A DNA stretch of 64,000 bases. Origin: Candidatus Eiseniibacteriota bacterium. Its GTDB lineage: Bacteria; Eisenbacteria; RBG-16-71-46; CAVPCR01. The position numbers and the translations under genes were made by a program. Under the pieces are notes generated by a model. It was not told the DNA's origin. It ran no database searches and was given only the letters and a program-made list of their open reading frames with translations. Numbering within the stretch: position 1 is the stretch's first letter; each line of letters begins with the position of its first letter. Shown piece after piece: positions 53,957 through 64,000 of the stretch. The stretch spans positions 1,568,001-1,632,000 of the forward strand of contig CAWGMA010000001.1 of assembly GCA_963823555.1 (NCBI GenBank), in the 5' to 3' direction.

Positions 53957-55618
53957 ATGGCGGATGATAGGAGCGAAGAGGCGGGATTCCAGGCTGCGTT
54001 CGACAGCTGGCTCGGTCATCTCACTGGAACCACGCGCCGCAAGCGCTTCGTGACGGGCTCCGGGATCGAGCTCCCGCCCGTGTTCGTCCCGGAAGCGGGG
54101 GCCGAGGGCCGCTACCGGGAGCACCTCGGCTTCCCCGGCCAGCCCCCGTTCACTCGTGGCGTGCATCCCACCATGTATCGCGGCCGGTTGTGGACCATGC
54201 GCCAGTATGCCGGCTTCGGCACGGCCGAGGAGTCCAACCGGCGCTATCACTACCTCCTCGCGCAAGGTCAGACCGGCCTCTCGGTGGCATTCGATCTGCC
54301 GACCCAGATGGGCTACGACTCGGATCACATGCTCGCCGAGGGCGAGGTGGGACGGGTCGGCGTCGCCATCGACTCGATCGCCGACATGGAGCATCTCCTC
54401 GCCGGCCTGCCCCTCGATCGCATCTCGACCTCGATGACGATCAACGCCACCGCCGGTCTCCTCCTCGGCCTCTATCTCCTGGTGGCCGAGGAACGGGGCT
54501 TTCCCGCGGCCCGGCTCTCCGGCACCGTGCAGAACGATCTCTTGAAGGAGTACGTCGCGCGCGGCACCTACATCTTCCCGCCGGCTCCGTCACTCCGCCT
54601 GACCACGGACATCATCGCCTTCTGCGTCGAGAACGTTCCCGGATGGAACCCGATCTCGATCTCCGGCTATCACATTCGCGAGGCGGGATCGACCGCCGTG
54701 CAAGAGGTGGCCTTCACGCTGGCCAACGGCATCACGTATGTCGAGTCCGCCCTCCGCCGCGGGCTCGACGCGGATGACTTCGGTCCACGGCTCTCCTTCT
54801 TCTTCAACGCGCACAATGACTTCATCGAGGAGGTGGCCAAGTTCCGCGCCGCCCGCCGGATGTGGGGCCGCATCATGCGCCAGCGCTTCGGGGCCACGAC
54901 CGACGCCGCCTGCCGCCTCCGCTTCCACACCCAGACCGCGGGCTCGACCCTCACCGCCCAGCAACCCGAGGTCAACGCGGTGCGCGTGGCCATTCAAGCC
55001 TTCGCCGCCGTCTGCGGGGGCACCCAGTCGCTCCACACCAACGCCCGGGACGAGGCTCTCTCCCTCCCCAGCGAGGCCGCAGCCAAGCTTGCGCTTCGCA
55101 CGCAGCAGGTGATCGCGGAGGAATCCGGCATCGCCAGCATCGTCGATCCGCTTGGCGGCTCCTATGCGGTCGAGAGCCTGACCGATCGCATCGAGGAGGA
55201 CGCCACCAAGCTCATTGCCGAGATCGATGGTATGGGCGGCGTATTGCGCGCGATCGAGACGGGCTGGATCCAGCGCGAGATCCATCGCTCGGCCTATCGT
55301 GCGCAGCGCGAGATGGAAGCTGGAGAGCGCCGCGTGGTCGGCGTCAACTGCCACGTCGAGGAGGAAGCCGCCCCGTCCCACTTCACTCTCGACCCCGCCA
55401 TCGAGGAGGCGCAGAAGCGGCGCCTGGCTGAGATCAGGCGCCGGCGCTCTGCGGAGGCAGTCGCCCGAGCGCTCGATCAGGTCAGGCGGGCCGCGGGCAG
55501 CGATGACAACCTGATGCCTTCCTTGATCGCCGCCCTGCGCACGCGCGCCACCATCGGCGAGATCTCGGATGCCCTGCGCAGTGTCTTCGGCGTCTTCCGC
55601 GAGGGCACGGTCTTGTAG
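53957..55618 (+). CDS. Methylmalonyl-CoA mutase, substrate-binding (large) subunit of a split enzyme
   Basis: [31 protein letters not shown] and GGTQSLHTN; no DxHxxG cobalamin domain. Confidence 0.93.
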   Translation: MADDRSEEAGFQAAFDSWLGHLTGTTRRKRFVTGSGIELPPVFVPEAGAEGRYREHLGFPGQPPFTRGVHPTMYRGRLWTMRQYAGFGTAEESNRRYHYLLAQGQTGLSVAFDLPTQMGYDSDHMLAEGEVGRVGVAIDSIADMEHLLAGLPLDRISTSMTINATAGLLLGLYLLVAEERGFPAARLSGTVQNDLLKEYVARGTYIFPPAPSLRLTTDIIAFCVENVPGWNPISISGYHIREAGSTAVQEVAFTLANGITYVESALRRGLDADDFGPRLSFFFNAHNDFIEEVAKFRAARRMWGRIMRQRFGATTDAACRLRFHTQTAGSTLTAQQPEVNAVRVAIQAFAAVCGGTQSLHTNARDEALSLPSEAAAKLALRTQQVIAEESGIASIVDPLGGSYAVESLTDRIEEDATKLIAEIDGMGGVLRAIETGWIQREIHRSAYRAQREMEAGERRVVGVNCHVEEEAAPSHFTLDPAIEEAQKRRLAEIRRRRSAEAVARALDQVRRAAGSDDNLMPSLIAALRTRATIGEISDALRSVFGVFREGTVL

Positions 55619-55661
55619 TAGAGTCGCGTCCATACCGGTACCGGCCGCAGCAGGAGACTCC

Positions 55662-56093
55662 ATGCCCGTCAAGCGCATCGACCACATCGGCGTCGCGGTG
55701 AACGATGCCGCAAAGCTCGCCCGGATGTTCTGCGAGCTTCTCGGCACGGACCCTGCCGGCGAGGAGGAGCTCGAGGGCGAAGGCCTCGAGGTGTTCTCGG
55801 TCGCCGCGGGGGGCGATCACATCGAGTTCTTCACCCCCACGCGCGCCGACCACACGGTGCGTCGCTTTCTCGACAAGCGCGGGAATGCGATCCATCACAT
55901 CTGCATCGAAGTCGATGACCTCGACCATGAGCTCAAGCGGCTCAAGAACCTCGGGGTCGAGCTGGTGGACGAGAAACCACGCGCCGGGGCCCACGATCGC
56001 CGGGTCGCCTTTCTGCATCCGCGCTCGACCGGCGGCATCCTGATCGAACTCTCGGAACGGGCCAGCCATGGCCCGGCGGACCTCGCCCCCTAG
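55662..56093 (+). CDS. mce: Methylmalonyl-CoA epimerase
   Basis: IDHIGVAV, IHHICIEV, GAH and FLHPRSTGGILIEL; AGGAG RBS. Confidence 0.93.
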   Translation: MPVKRIDHIGVAVNDAAKLARMFCELLGTDPAGEEELEGEGLEVFSVAAGGDHIEFFTPTRADHTVRRFLDKRGNAIHHICIEVDDLDHELKRLKNLGVELVDEKPRAGAHDRRVAFLHPRSTGGILIELSERASHGPADLAP

Positions 56094-56098
56094 CCACC

Positions 56099-56680
56099 AT
56101 GAACGAACCAGCAATCGATTCCCTGGTCTGGCTCGCGGTTCCCTCCGAGCTCGGCGATATCGGCCTGGTCGCGTCGGCCGAAGCCCTGGTCGGCCTCCTC
56201 TTGCCCTCACGCAAGGCGGCGGCCACGGCCGTCCGCCAGCGCTTCGCCCCCGCTGAGCCGCGGCGCGGCACCAACCCCGTTCTGGCCCTTGTGGCCCATG
56301 ATCTCAAGCTCTACCTCGCCGGGGGCCACCCGGGCTTTTCTGCCCCTCTTGCCTTTCCCTATGCAACCGAATACGAGCGGGCCGTGTACGACACCATACG
56401 CATGATCCCCTTCGGCGAGACTCGACCCTACGGATGGGTGGCCGACCACGCCGGCGGCAGCCCCCAGTCGGCCGGGAATGCGCTCGGGAAGAACCCGCTC
56501 CCGATCATCGTCCCCTGTCATCGGGTCGTGGCTGCCCATGGGCTCGGCGGCTTCACAGGAGGTCTTCCGCTCAAGCGGAAGCTCCTCGAGCTCGAGCGGG
56601 CCTCGCCCATGAACCAGTTCGAGATCCCGCTGGCCACCCCCATCCCCGGGGCAGGGCGCCAGCGCTCACGCAAGCGATAA
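56099..56680 (+). CDS. ogt: Methylated-DNA-protein cysteine S-methyltransferase
   Basis: IPFGET..Y and NPLPIIVPCHRV. Confidence 0.9.
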   Translation: MNEPAIDSLVWLAVPSELGDIGLVASAEALVGLLLPSRKAAATAVRQRFAPAEPRRGTNPVLALVAHDLKLYLAGGHPGFSAPLAFPYATEYERAVYDTIRMIPFGETRPYGWVADHAGGSPQSAGNALGKNPLPIIVPCHRVVAAHGLGGFTGGLPLKRKLLELERASPMNQFEIPLATPIPGAGRQRSRKR

Positions 56681-56686
56681 GAGAAC

Positions 56687-58279
56687 ATGAGCGAACAAGA
56701 TCCACGAAAAGACAGCCCATCACACCCGCCCAATCCCAAGGAGATCGAGGAGGATTTCGCGCGCTTTCTCCGCGACAAGTACGGTAACCAGGTGCAGATC
56801 CGCCTCATGTCGCCCTTCGGCACGCAGCCGGCTGGGCGATCGGAGGATCCCCCGTCCGAAGAGGACGAGGAAGACGCCCCCCCCAAGGTCCGCTTCGCTC
56901 ACAAGCCAGCGGACATCAAGGCGTATGTCGACCGCTTCGTCATTGCCCAGGAAGATGCCAAGAAGGTGCTGGCCACAGCCGTCTGTGACCACTACAACCA
57001 CATCCAGCGCTGTCGCGGGCCGCGCGAATGCCGCGACTACCAGAAGCAGAACGTGATCATGATCGGTTCGACCGGGATCGGAAAGACCTATCTGGTGCGG
57101 TCGATCGCCGATCTGATCGGCGTTCCCTTCGTGCGTGCCGATGCCACCAAGTTCTCCGAAACCGGATATGTCGGCGGCGACGTCGAGGACCTCGTCCGCG
57201 AGCTGGTCCACCGGGCTGATGGGTCCATCCGTCTCGCTGAGTACGGGATCATCTACCTCGACGAGATCGACAAGATCGCCACTCCGGCCAACGTGCTCGG
57301 GCGCGACGTCTCCGGCCGCGGCGTGCAGATGGGGCTCCTCAAGATGATGGAAGACACCGAGGTCCCCCTCCGCGCCGCCAGCGACATCACCGGCCAGCTG
57401 CAGGCCGTGATGGAGCTCCAGACCAAGGGCAAGACATCGCGCAAGACCATCAACACGCGTCATATCCTGTTCATCGTCTCCGGGGCGTTCACCGGCCTCA
57501 AGGAGATCGTCCGCCGGAGGGTCGGCCACCGCGCCATCGGTTTCGGCGGCCCCACCGAGTCTCACGCGCGCGATGAGGACTCCCTCCTTCTCGCCCAGAC
57601 CAAGTCGGCGGACTTCGTGTCCTTCGGCTTCGAGCCCGAGTTCATCGGTCGCCTCCCGGTGGTCGTGACCTGCCACGATCTATCGGTCGATCACCTCTTC
57701 GAGATCCTGACCCGTTCGGAGGGCTCGCTCCTTCACCAGTATCGCGATGCCTTCCAGGCCTATGGTATCGAGGTCGTCTTCACCGAGGCCGGCCTGCGCC
57801 GCATCGCCGAACTGGCTCATCGCGAGGGAACGGGAGCACGCGGCCTCGGCTCGGTTCTCGAGCGCACCTTGCGCGAGTTCAAGTTCACGCTGCCCGGTGG
57901 CAATGTGCGGCGCTTCGCGGTGACCGAGCATACGGTCGAGGACCCGCTCGCCGACCTGGCCACCGTGCTCGAGGGCGGCGAATACACCGAGCGGGCCGTG
58001 CTGCGCGAGCTGTTGCTCCACTACGAGCGGGAATTCGCCGGCCGCCATGGACTCGCCATTCGCTTCACCCCGGAGGCCGCCGAGGCGGTCATCAACAAGG
58101 CCCTCGAGATCGGCGGCTCACCGGCCGAAATCGCCGCCGCCCTCCTCCAGGGCTACGAGCACGGGCTCAACCTCATCAAGGCACAGACCGGGCGCACCGA
58201 GTTCGAGATATCCCGGGAAGTCCTCGATCGGCCGGGCGAGGTTCTGAGCCGCTGGGTACGCGAGGCCTGCAGCCGCTGA
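56687..58279 (+). CDS. ClpX-like AAA+ ATPase (second paralog)
   Basis: GSTGIGKT, GYVGGDVE, DEIDK, RDVSGRGVQ, IGF, PEFIGRLP and TGARGL. Confidence 0.88.
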   Translation: MSEQDPRKDSPSHPPNPKEIEEDFARFLRDKYGNQVQIRLMSPFGTQPAGRSEDPPSEEDEEDAPPKVRFAHKPADIKAYVDRFVIAQEDAKKVLATAVCDHYNHIQRCRGPRECRDYQKQNVIMIGSTGIGKTYLVRSIADLIGVPFVRADATKFSETGYVGGDVEDLVRELVHRADGSIRLAEYGIIYLDEIDKIATPANVLGRDVSGRGVQMGLLKMMEDTEVPLRAASDITGQLQAVMELQTKGKTSRKTINTRHILFIVSGAFTGLKEIVRRRVGHRAIGFGGPTESHARDEDSLLLAQTKSADFVSFGFEPEFIGRLPVVVTCHDLSVDHLFEILTRSEGSLLHQYRDAFQAYGIEVVFTEAGLRRIAELAHREGTGARGLGSVLERTLREFKFTLPGGNVRRFAVTEHTVEDPLADLATVLEGGEYTERAVLRELLLHYEREFAGRHGLAIRFTPEAAEAVINKALEIGGSPAEIAAALLQGYEHGLNLIKAQTGRTEFEISREVLDRPGEVLSRWVREACSR

Positions 58280-58321
58280 TCGCCGCTGCCGGCACCACCG
58301 CCAACGACGGCTGGTGGAGCG

Positions 58322-59203
58322 CTACTCCGTGACCGCCACGTTCGGCCGCCCGGCGTCGCTCGGCGACAGGCGGAAATCGTTCCCGCCGATGTCATTGCCG
58401 ACAACGACTCGCGCCGCCCGCGTTGCCGCCGTGAACCCCGTCGCACTCGCCTCGAGCGAATAGCTGTCAGGCAAGAGGCCCACGAGCATGTAGTGGCCGT
58501 CGCTGTCCGTCGCCGTCGAGGACACGATCTCGCCATCCCGCACCGCGGTGATGGTGGCATGGGCCAGCACGACGTCATCACCCAGGTTGGCCGGGGAACC
58601 CGCGTTGCTCCACACCACGCCGGAGAGCGAACCGGTCTCCGACAGGTTGGCGCAACGCAGAGAAGGTCGGAAGAAGAACTCCCGGATCTCATCGGAATGC
58701 GTGGCGCTCGCCGGAATCGGGTGGAAGGAGCGGCTCACATCGAAGTCGAGGAGCAACTCGGTCGTGAGCGAGCCGACGACCTCGATGGTGGGATCCGGGA
58801 AGATCTTGATTCCGCTCTGCTCCCCGCTGGGGATGTCGAGATCGAACGTGCGGCCGTCCTTGAGGGTCACCGACGCCTCGCGGACGTGGAGCCGGATCTG
58901 GCTCAGGGTTCCCACCGGCACCTCGGCATCCACCAGGGGAGCGGTGATGCCGTTGGTGAGCTCGAGGAGGTTCAAGCGGTGGTCGTTTTCGTCGACGACA
59001 GCCCATCCGGTCGCGTCGCTGCGGTCTCCCGTGACATGGACCTCGACGCGATCGATCCAGACAATGGCCGAGTCGAGCACCTCGAACGCGAAGGGGGCAT
59101 CGGACACGGCAATGCGCACGCGCCCGGTTTCGTCCGACTCGCCGCACCCCAGCGCGAGCAGGCAGACGAGCGAGAACATGAGCAGTCGCGGGTGCTGGGA
59201 CAT
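58322..59203 (-). CDS. DUF4382 lipoprotein with a C-terminal carboxypeptidase-regulatory-like domain
   Basis: Lipobox LALGC, SDAP, NLLELTNG, QIRL, PSGEQSGIK, LDFDVSRS; TDSDGHY..GL.P.SY. Confidence 0.8.
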   Translation of the reverse strand: MSQHPRLLMFSLVCLLALGCGESDETGRVRIAVSDAPFAFEVLDSAIVWIDRVEVHVTGDRSDATGWAVVDENDHRLNLLELTNGITAPLVDAEVPVGTLSQIRLHVREASVTLKDGRTFDLDIPSGEQSGIKIFPDPTIEVVGSLTTELLLDFDVSRSFHPIPASATHSDEIREFFFRPSLRCANLSETGSLSGVVWSNAGSPANLGDDVVLAHATITAVRDGEIVSSTATDSDGHYMLVGLLPDSYSLEASATGFTAATRAARVVVGNDIGGNDFRLSPSDAGRPNVAVTE

Positions 59204-59379
59204 GATGGAATCTCCTGCCAGAACCGAAGCCGCCGCGGATGACGCTCTGCGCGCCGGGCGACCAGCTGGACGTTCGCTGTCGCAGGAACCCTTTGCAGGG
59301 TTCGTGCCAGCACCTGGGGGATGGCGCCCGCGGCTGCGTCGTAGCCTGTGGACCTGCTCTGGCCACGAGCCGGGTGAGT

Positions 59380-62300
59380 TCACCCGGCCCCTTCGGGTCG
59401 GCTCCCCCGCTCGATCCCGCGCGTTTCACGAGCCGCCCGCGCCGCGTACAGCTCGCGATGGAGCGGCACGTTCTCGATCATCAGGTCACGAAAGGCCTCC
59501 GGCGCGCCCTCTTGCAGACCTGCGAGAATGCGACTCGCCGCATCCAGGTGACTCGGATCCCCGGTCAGCGTCCAGAGGAGATGGTGGATCTCCATCTTGA
59601 TCCGCGCCCCGAGCCGCCCCGAACGCTCCGTGAAGGCCTTGCTCAGAGCCTCCGGACCCTCTCCGGGGAGGCTTGCCAGATACACCGAGGCCAGGAGCTC
59701 CTCATCGACGAGATCCATCTCCCTCGCCGCCGCCAGGGCTTCGACCAGCAGCGGCCGGGCCTCATCGCGCCGCCCCTGCCGCACCAACCACCAACCGAGG
59801 GCGATGAGCAGACCCGGCACCCCCGCAGCGAACCCGGCGCTCTGGCGCCGTTCGAGCGCCTCCCGATAGAGCGGCTCGACGCGATCGGCCTCCCCCGCCT
59901 GCTCCATGACCCTGGCGAGCGAGTAGAGGGCAAAGGACTCGAGCATGGCCGAGCCCAGCGCCCGCGCCCGCTCGAGCGCCCCCTCGATGTGAGCACGCGC
60001 CGCCCCGGTGTCGCCAAGGAGGAGACAGACATCACCCAGATTGCCCTCGGCGATGGCCTCTCCGCGCCGGTAGCCGATCTCGCGACAGAGCGCGAGATGG
60101 CGCTCGTCGTACTCCTTGGCGTCCGCCAGACGGCCGAGCTGGAAGAACAGCACGCCCAGGTTGCCGACCGCGATGGCCTCGCCCTGCTTGAAACCGATCT
60201 CCTCCGACAACGCCAGGTGCCGCTCATAGCGCTGGCGCGCTTCCTCGAACCGTCCCTGCTCGAACAGACGGGTCCCCAGGTTGCCGGTGGCGATGGCCTC
60301 GCCACGCCGGTAGCCGATCTCCCGGCAGAGAACGAGTTGCCGCTCCTGATGCGCGGAGCCCTCGGGATCCCCGCTATCAGCGAGAAGCACGCCGAGATTG
60401 CCCTCCGCGGCGGCTTCACCCATGCGGTCCCCGAGCTCCCTGCTGAGTGCGAGGCAGCGCTCCTGCAACCGCCGCGCCTCATCCACGCGCGACAGCGATC
60501 TCATCGCGAGGCCGAGATCCCCGGTGGCCTTGGCCTCTGCCGGGCGGTCGCCCGCGGCCACAGCCAGGGCCAGGGCGCGCTCGAGCTCACGCGCTGCCGC
60601 CTCATGCTCGCCGAGCGAGTGCAGGACATCCCCGTACCGGCGCCTGGTGCCCGATTCCTCGGCGCGATCAGGTCCATCGGCGGCCAGCTCGACGGCAGCG
60701 GCCAGTAGATCCCGAGCGGTCGACGGGTCTCCAGCTTGCATGTGATGCCAGCCCAACCGACCCAGGACACGCGCCCGGAGTCCGGGGTCCCCGATCATCT
60801 CGGAAAGCTGGCTCGCCTCCTCGAGGGCCGCAGCCTCCTCCTCGCGGTGGCCAGCCAGATCGAGTCGCATCGCGCGGCGCAGGAGCACCTCGCAGCGCTC
60901 GCGGCCGTTGATGAGATCGGGCACCGCAAGCGCACGGGCTGCAAGGCCGGCCGCACCCGCATTCTGGTAGCGATCCTCGAGGGCGGTGAGCGCTGCATCG
61001 AGATAGCGGTACGCCCGCGCCCCCTCCCCGCCCGAGAGGAAGTGCTCGCACAGCGCCACCACCACCTCGGCCCGGCACCGGCAAGGATCCATCTCGGCCG
61101 CTTTCTCTCGGGCCTCCAGGGCCGACCCCAATGCCGAGTGGTAGTGCTCGCGCAGGCCGGCGAAGATGCCCGAGTAGAGGACCTCCTGCACCTGGTGGTG
61201 ATCGAACACGTAGCGCCGCCCGGCGGCATGCACCAGACGCTCCTCGCGTTCGATCCTCGCAAAGCGGCGGAGCGTCGGAATCAGATCCTGCTCGAGCGCG
61301 GCGGCAACGAGCGTCGGATCGAAATCGAACCCCACGCAGGCTGACACCTCGAGAAGCTCGCGGTCTTCCTCCGACAAGTTCGCGATTCGAGCCTGGATCA
61401 GATCGCGGACCGAACCGGGGATCTGGATCTCACCGATGTTCATCGTGCGGACCCAGCGCCCATTCTCGTCGCGCGTGAGGAACCGTCCTTCGCGCAGCTC
61501 GCGCAGGATCTCGAAGACGAAGAAGGGATTGCCGTCCGACTTGGCGGCGACCCGCGGCGCGAGCTCCGCGGCAAGATCCGCAGAATGGAGGGCGTCGGCG
61601 AGCAGCTCCGCCAGCTCCACGGATCCCAGGCGTGACACCGTCACGAGCTCGGCATGACCCAGGCCCAGGATGCTGGCGATCCAGGGCGGCGGCAGGCCCG
61701 GACGCGTGGTCCCCACGAGCAGCACGCGATGCGTGGCCACGGCCAGGGCGAGCGCCGTGAAGAGAGCTCTTCCCTCCTCCGGCGCGAAATGCAGGTCTTC
61801 GATCAGCATGACGACGGGCCGCTCCGCGGCGAGCGAGCGCGTCACGTGCACGAAGGCCGTCGGCAACGAGTCTCTCGTCAGCGGCTCGACCTGTCGCGGC
61901 TGAGCATCCCCCCGGAGCAGGGCGGCGAACGCAGGAATGAGAAGCGGCGTCACCGTGAGATGCGCGGCGAGCGCATCGGCGAGCCCTTCTTCCCCGAAGT
62001 GCTCGCGCAAGGCCGCGATAAAAGCCCCCGTACCGGTGGCGGCCCCACCAGGCGGATAGCCGCCGAACAAGAAATGCGGATTCTCACCACGCTCTCGGAG
62101 TCCGCCCACGAACTCATCCACGAGTCGTGTCTTGCCGATACCCGCCTCGCCCTCCACCAGCACGGCCTGCCCCTGGCCGTTCGCTACCTTGCGGTACAAG
62201 GCATCGAGCTTCTCGAGCTCGGCCTTCCGCCCGTAGAGACCCGTCTCCCGTGGCACCCGTACCCGCCGTGGCGGACGCAGCGTGAGCATCCGGATCTCGG

Positions 62301-63174
62301 TGGTGCGCTTGCGCCACCACGTGGAGCGCTCACCCTCATCCAGGACGGCTCCAACCTCGGCCGCCGAGGTGAATCGCCGCGCCGGATCCTTCGCGAGGAG
62401 CGTCCTCACCACCTCCTCGAAGAAGGCGGAGAGCTGCGGATTCTGGCGACCCACGGGATCGGGCTCCTCCTTGACGATCCGGTCCATCACCGCCCGGACG
62501 TCCGCGCCGGCGAAAGGATGGCAGCCCGTCGAGAGCTCGTAGAGCACGATACCGAGAGCGTGCAGATCGGCACGACCGTCCAGCGCCCGAGCGTCGCTGG
62601 CAAACTGTTCCGGCGCCGCGTAGCGGGTCGAGTCCGCGAGGGCGTCGCTCGCGGACAACTGGATCGCCGCGTCAGCCACGCGTGCCAGACCGAGATTCAT
62701 CAGCTTGACGGCGTGTTCCGCCGTGATGAGAACGTTCTCCGGGCGCAGATCGCGGTGAACGAGGCCGGCGCCATGCACGGGAACGAGCGCTCGCGTGATC
62801 TCGCGAGCCACATGAAGACACAGCTCCTCGGGAGCTCGCCCCAGCTCGGCCATCAATTCGCGCAGCGTCTGCCCCGGGACGTACTCGAGGACGAGGAACG
62901 GCGCCGGAGGCGAGCTGTCCTCGATGGTGCCGACATCGAGGATCTCCACCAGGTTGGGATGTCTGATGGCACGGGCTTGCTCGATGTCGTGCGGGAGCTG
63001 ATCCCGGAGTCCCGGCACGCCGAGCACATGCGCGTGGAACACCTTGAGCGCCACTTGCACCGACGACGCAACGCCCGCAGCCGTGGGCTCTGCGAGGTAG
63101 ACGCGGCTCGATCTCCCGGCGCCAAGCTCGCCCACCAGGTGATAGGAACCGATCTGCGTACCGATCAACGTCAT
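59380..63174 (-). CDS. Kinase-like domain + STAND/AAA ATPase + TPR protein
   Basis: VALK, HRDLRPEN, APE; GEAGIGKT, IEDLH, GNPFF, FDH; TPR array. Confidence 0.88.
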   Translation of the reverse strand: MTLIGTQIGSYHLVGELGAGRSSRVYLAEPTAAGVASSVQVALKVFHAHVLGVPGLRDQLPHDIEQARAIRHPNLVEILDVGTIEDSSPPAPFLVLEYVPGQTLRELMAELGRAPEELCLHVAREITRALVPVHGAGLVHRDLRPENVLITAEHAVKLMNLGLARVADAAIQLSASDALADSTRYAAPEQFASDARALDGRADLHALGIVLYELSTGCHPFAGADVRAVMDRIVKEEPDPVGRQNPQLSAFFEEVVRTLLAKDPARRFTSAAEVGAVLDEGERSTWWRKRTTEIRMLTLRPPRRVRVPRETGLYGRKAELEKLDALYRKVANGQGQAVLVEGEAGIGKTRLVDEFVGGLRERGENPHFLFGGYPPGGAATGTGAFIAALREHFGEEGLADALAAHLTVTPLLIPAFAALLRGDAQPRQVEPLTRDSLPTAFVHVTRSLAAERPVVMLIEDLHFAPEEGRALFTALALAVATHRVLLVGTTRPGLPPPWIASILGLGHAELVTVSRLGSVELAELLADALHSADLAAELAPRVAAKSDGNPFFVFEILRELREGRFLTRDENGRWVRTMNIGEIQIPGSVRDLIQARIANLSEEDRELLEVSACVGFDFDPTLVAAALEQDLIPTLRRFARIEREERLVHAAGRRYVFDHHQVQEVLYSGIFAGLREHYHSALGSALEAREKAAEMDPCRCRAEVVVALCEHFLSGGEGARAYRYLDAALTALEDRYQNAGAAGLAARALAVPDLINGRERCEVLLRRAMRLDLAGHREEEAAALEEASQLSEMIGDPGLRARVLGRLGWHHMQAGDPSTARDLLAAAVELAADGPDRAEESGTRRRYGDVLHSLGEHEAAARELERALALAVAAGDRPAEAKATGDLGLAMRSLSRVDEARRLQERCLALSRELGDRMGEAAAEGNLGVLLADSGDPEGSAHQERQLVLCREIGYRRGEAIATGNLGTRLFEQGRFEEARQRYERHLALSEEIGFKQGEAIAVGNLGVLFFQLGRLADAKEYDERHLALCREIGYRRGEAIAEGNLGDVCLLLGDTGAARAHIEGALERARALGSAMLESFALYSLARVMEQAGEADRVEPLYREALERRQSAGFAAGVPGLLIALGWWLVRQGRRDEARPLLVEALAAAREMDLVDEELLASVYLASLPGEGPEALSKAFTERSGRLGARIKMEIHHLLWTLTGDPSHLDAASRILAGLQEGAPEAFRDLMIENVPLHRELYAARAARETRGIERGSRPEGAG
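60035..60585 (-). repeat. Tandem ~120-bp (40-aa) TPR-coding repeats
   Basis: CGATGGCCTC recurs at 60051, 60171 and 60291; units of the form ERHLALCREIGYRRGEAIAEGNLG. Confidence 0.8.
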
Positions 63175-63396
63175 CGACGGGCCGGGACGCTCATGGGACT
63201 GGGGTCAGGGAGCATCATCGATCATCCCCTGATCGGGCAGCCAACGCTCACCACCGTTGCGGCCGGAGGCCTTCAGATCAGCCTTCCGCTCGTTGTCCGG
63301 TATCGGTCGAGATGGTATGTTACACTCTTCTCCCCCATCCAGCTCATTCCTTGGGCTGGAATTCGCTATTCTCAACGTAAGTCCAGGGGATCACGA

Positions 63397-64000
63397 ATGC
63401 TACGACCCTCGGCGTCTCCGCGCCGCCTGCGAACATCCACGACCCCCTTCGTCGTGGCGGCCATCACAGCGATCACTCTCGGCACTCTCGGCGGCGCCTG
63501 CGGCCGCGGGGAGAAGGCTCCGGACTCGAGCGGTGTCTCCGACACCACCGCCTACCGCGGCGCATCCACGCTCATGGACACGACGGCCCAGATCGCGGCG
63601 CTCGAGAAATTCATCGCCAGTTATCCGGAAAGCGCCTTCCGGGGCCGCTCCTACCGCCGCCTCTATGATCTCAAGGCAGCCGGCGATCACGCGGCCGCCG
63701 CCGACTTCGCGCGCCGCGCACTGCGCAAGGAGAAGCAAGCGGAGGCGCGGTCCGCTCTCCATTACGTCCTGTTCAAGCACGCGATGGCGTACGAGCCCAC
63801 GGCAACCCCGGAAGTCGTCAAGACGGCGATGGCCGACAAGGCCGACCTCGACTATACGATCTTCAACGCCATGGCCTGGGACATGGCGGAGAGGGGCATC
63901 GACCTCGATCTGGCCCTCAGAGCCGCCGACAAGAGCCTGGCCGGCGCCCCCGACAGCCTGGGGCAGGCCACCGTCCTCGACACCAAGGGCTGGATCTACT
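63397..64000 (+). CDS. TPR-containing lipoprotein (runs off the window)
   Basis: Manual translation MLRPSASPRRLRTSTTPFVVAAITAITLGTLGGAC.., then FIASYPES, NAMAWDMAERGIDLDLAL and LDTKGWIY; open to the window end. Confidence 0.75.
   Translation, partial: MLRPSASPRRLRTSTTPFVVAAITAITLGTLGGACGRGEKAPDSSGVSDTTAYRGASTLMDTTAQIAALEKFIASYPESAFRGRSYRRLYDLKAAGDHAAAADFARRALRKEKQAEARSALHYVLFKHAMAYEPTATPEVVKTAMADKADLDYTIFNAMAWDMAERGIDLDLALRAADKSLAGAPDSLGQATVLDTKGWIY

Noticed and set aside
59239..60708. 489-aa plus-strand ORF and possible CRISPR-like periodicity
   Set aside because: Antisense to the TPR region; the 120-bp periodicity is protein-coding repeat, with no unique spacers or cas genes.

Overview
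This 64-kb window is a gene-dense, high-GC bacterial chromosomal segment, mostly core genome. No integrase, transposase, prophage, CRISPR array or rRNA was recognised. The C-terminal ...ATWGGIKARFQ tail on a secreted protein suggests an uncultured FCB-related lineage such as Eisenbacteria, Krumholzibacteria or Latescibacteria (inference). Content in order: ribD (partial), a GT2 + GT-C pair, an ECF sigma/anti-sigma pair, two tandem S41 (CtpA) proteases, tRNA-Lys, purA, a class V aminotransferase, GT4, lon-clpX-clpP-tig (lon, clpX and clpP broken by a dense cluster of frameshifts, probably assembly artefact), tRNA-Leu, leuB-leuD/leuC split by an mscS gene, crotonase, a zinc-anti-sigma/kinase/TPR fusion with a divergent ECF sigma, an octaheme HAO-like cytochrome (one frameshift), DUF72, larA-like-elbB-modABC, a secreted beta-propeller, GT4s/hydratase/thiolase/HAD, a membrane PI-PLC-like protein, a DUF692 (MNIO) + partner pair, a TMTC-like glycosyltransferase, the propionyl-CoA carboxylase/methylmalonyl-CoA operon, ogt, a second atypical ClpX, a DUF4382 lipoprotein, a pseudokinase-STAND-TPR protein and a partial TPR lipoprotein. 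Best leads: the precursor-less, divergent MNIO pair; the TWGxIK C-terminal sorting-like signal; the remodelled ClpX paralog; and the ZAS-kinase/ECF module with its small peptide and REPIN-like hairpin. All calls come from motif recognition by eye; no searches were run.
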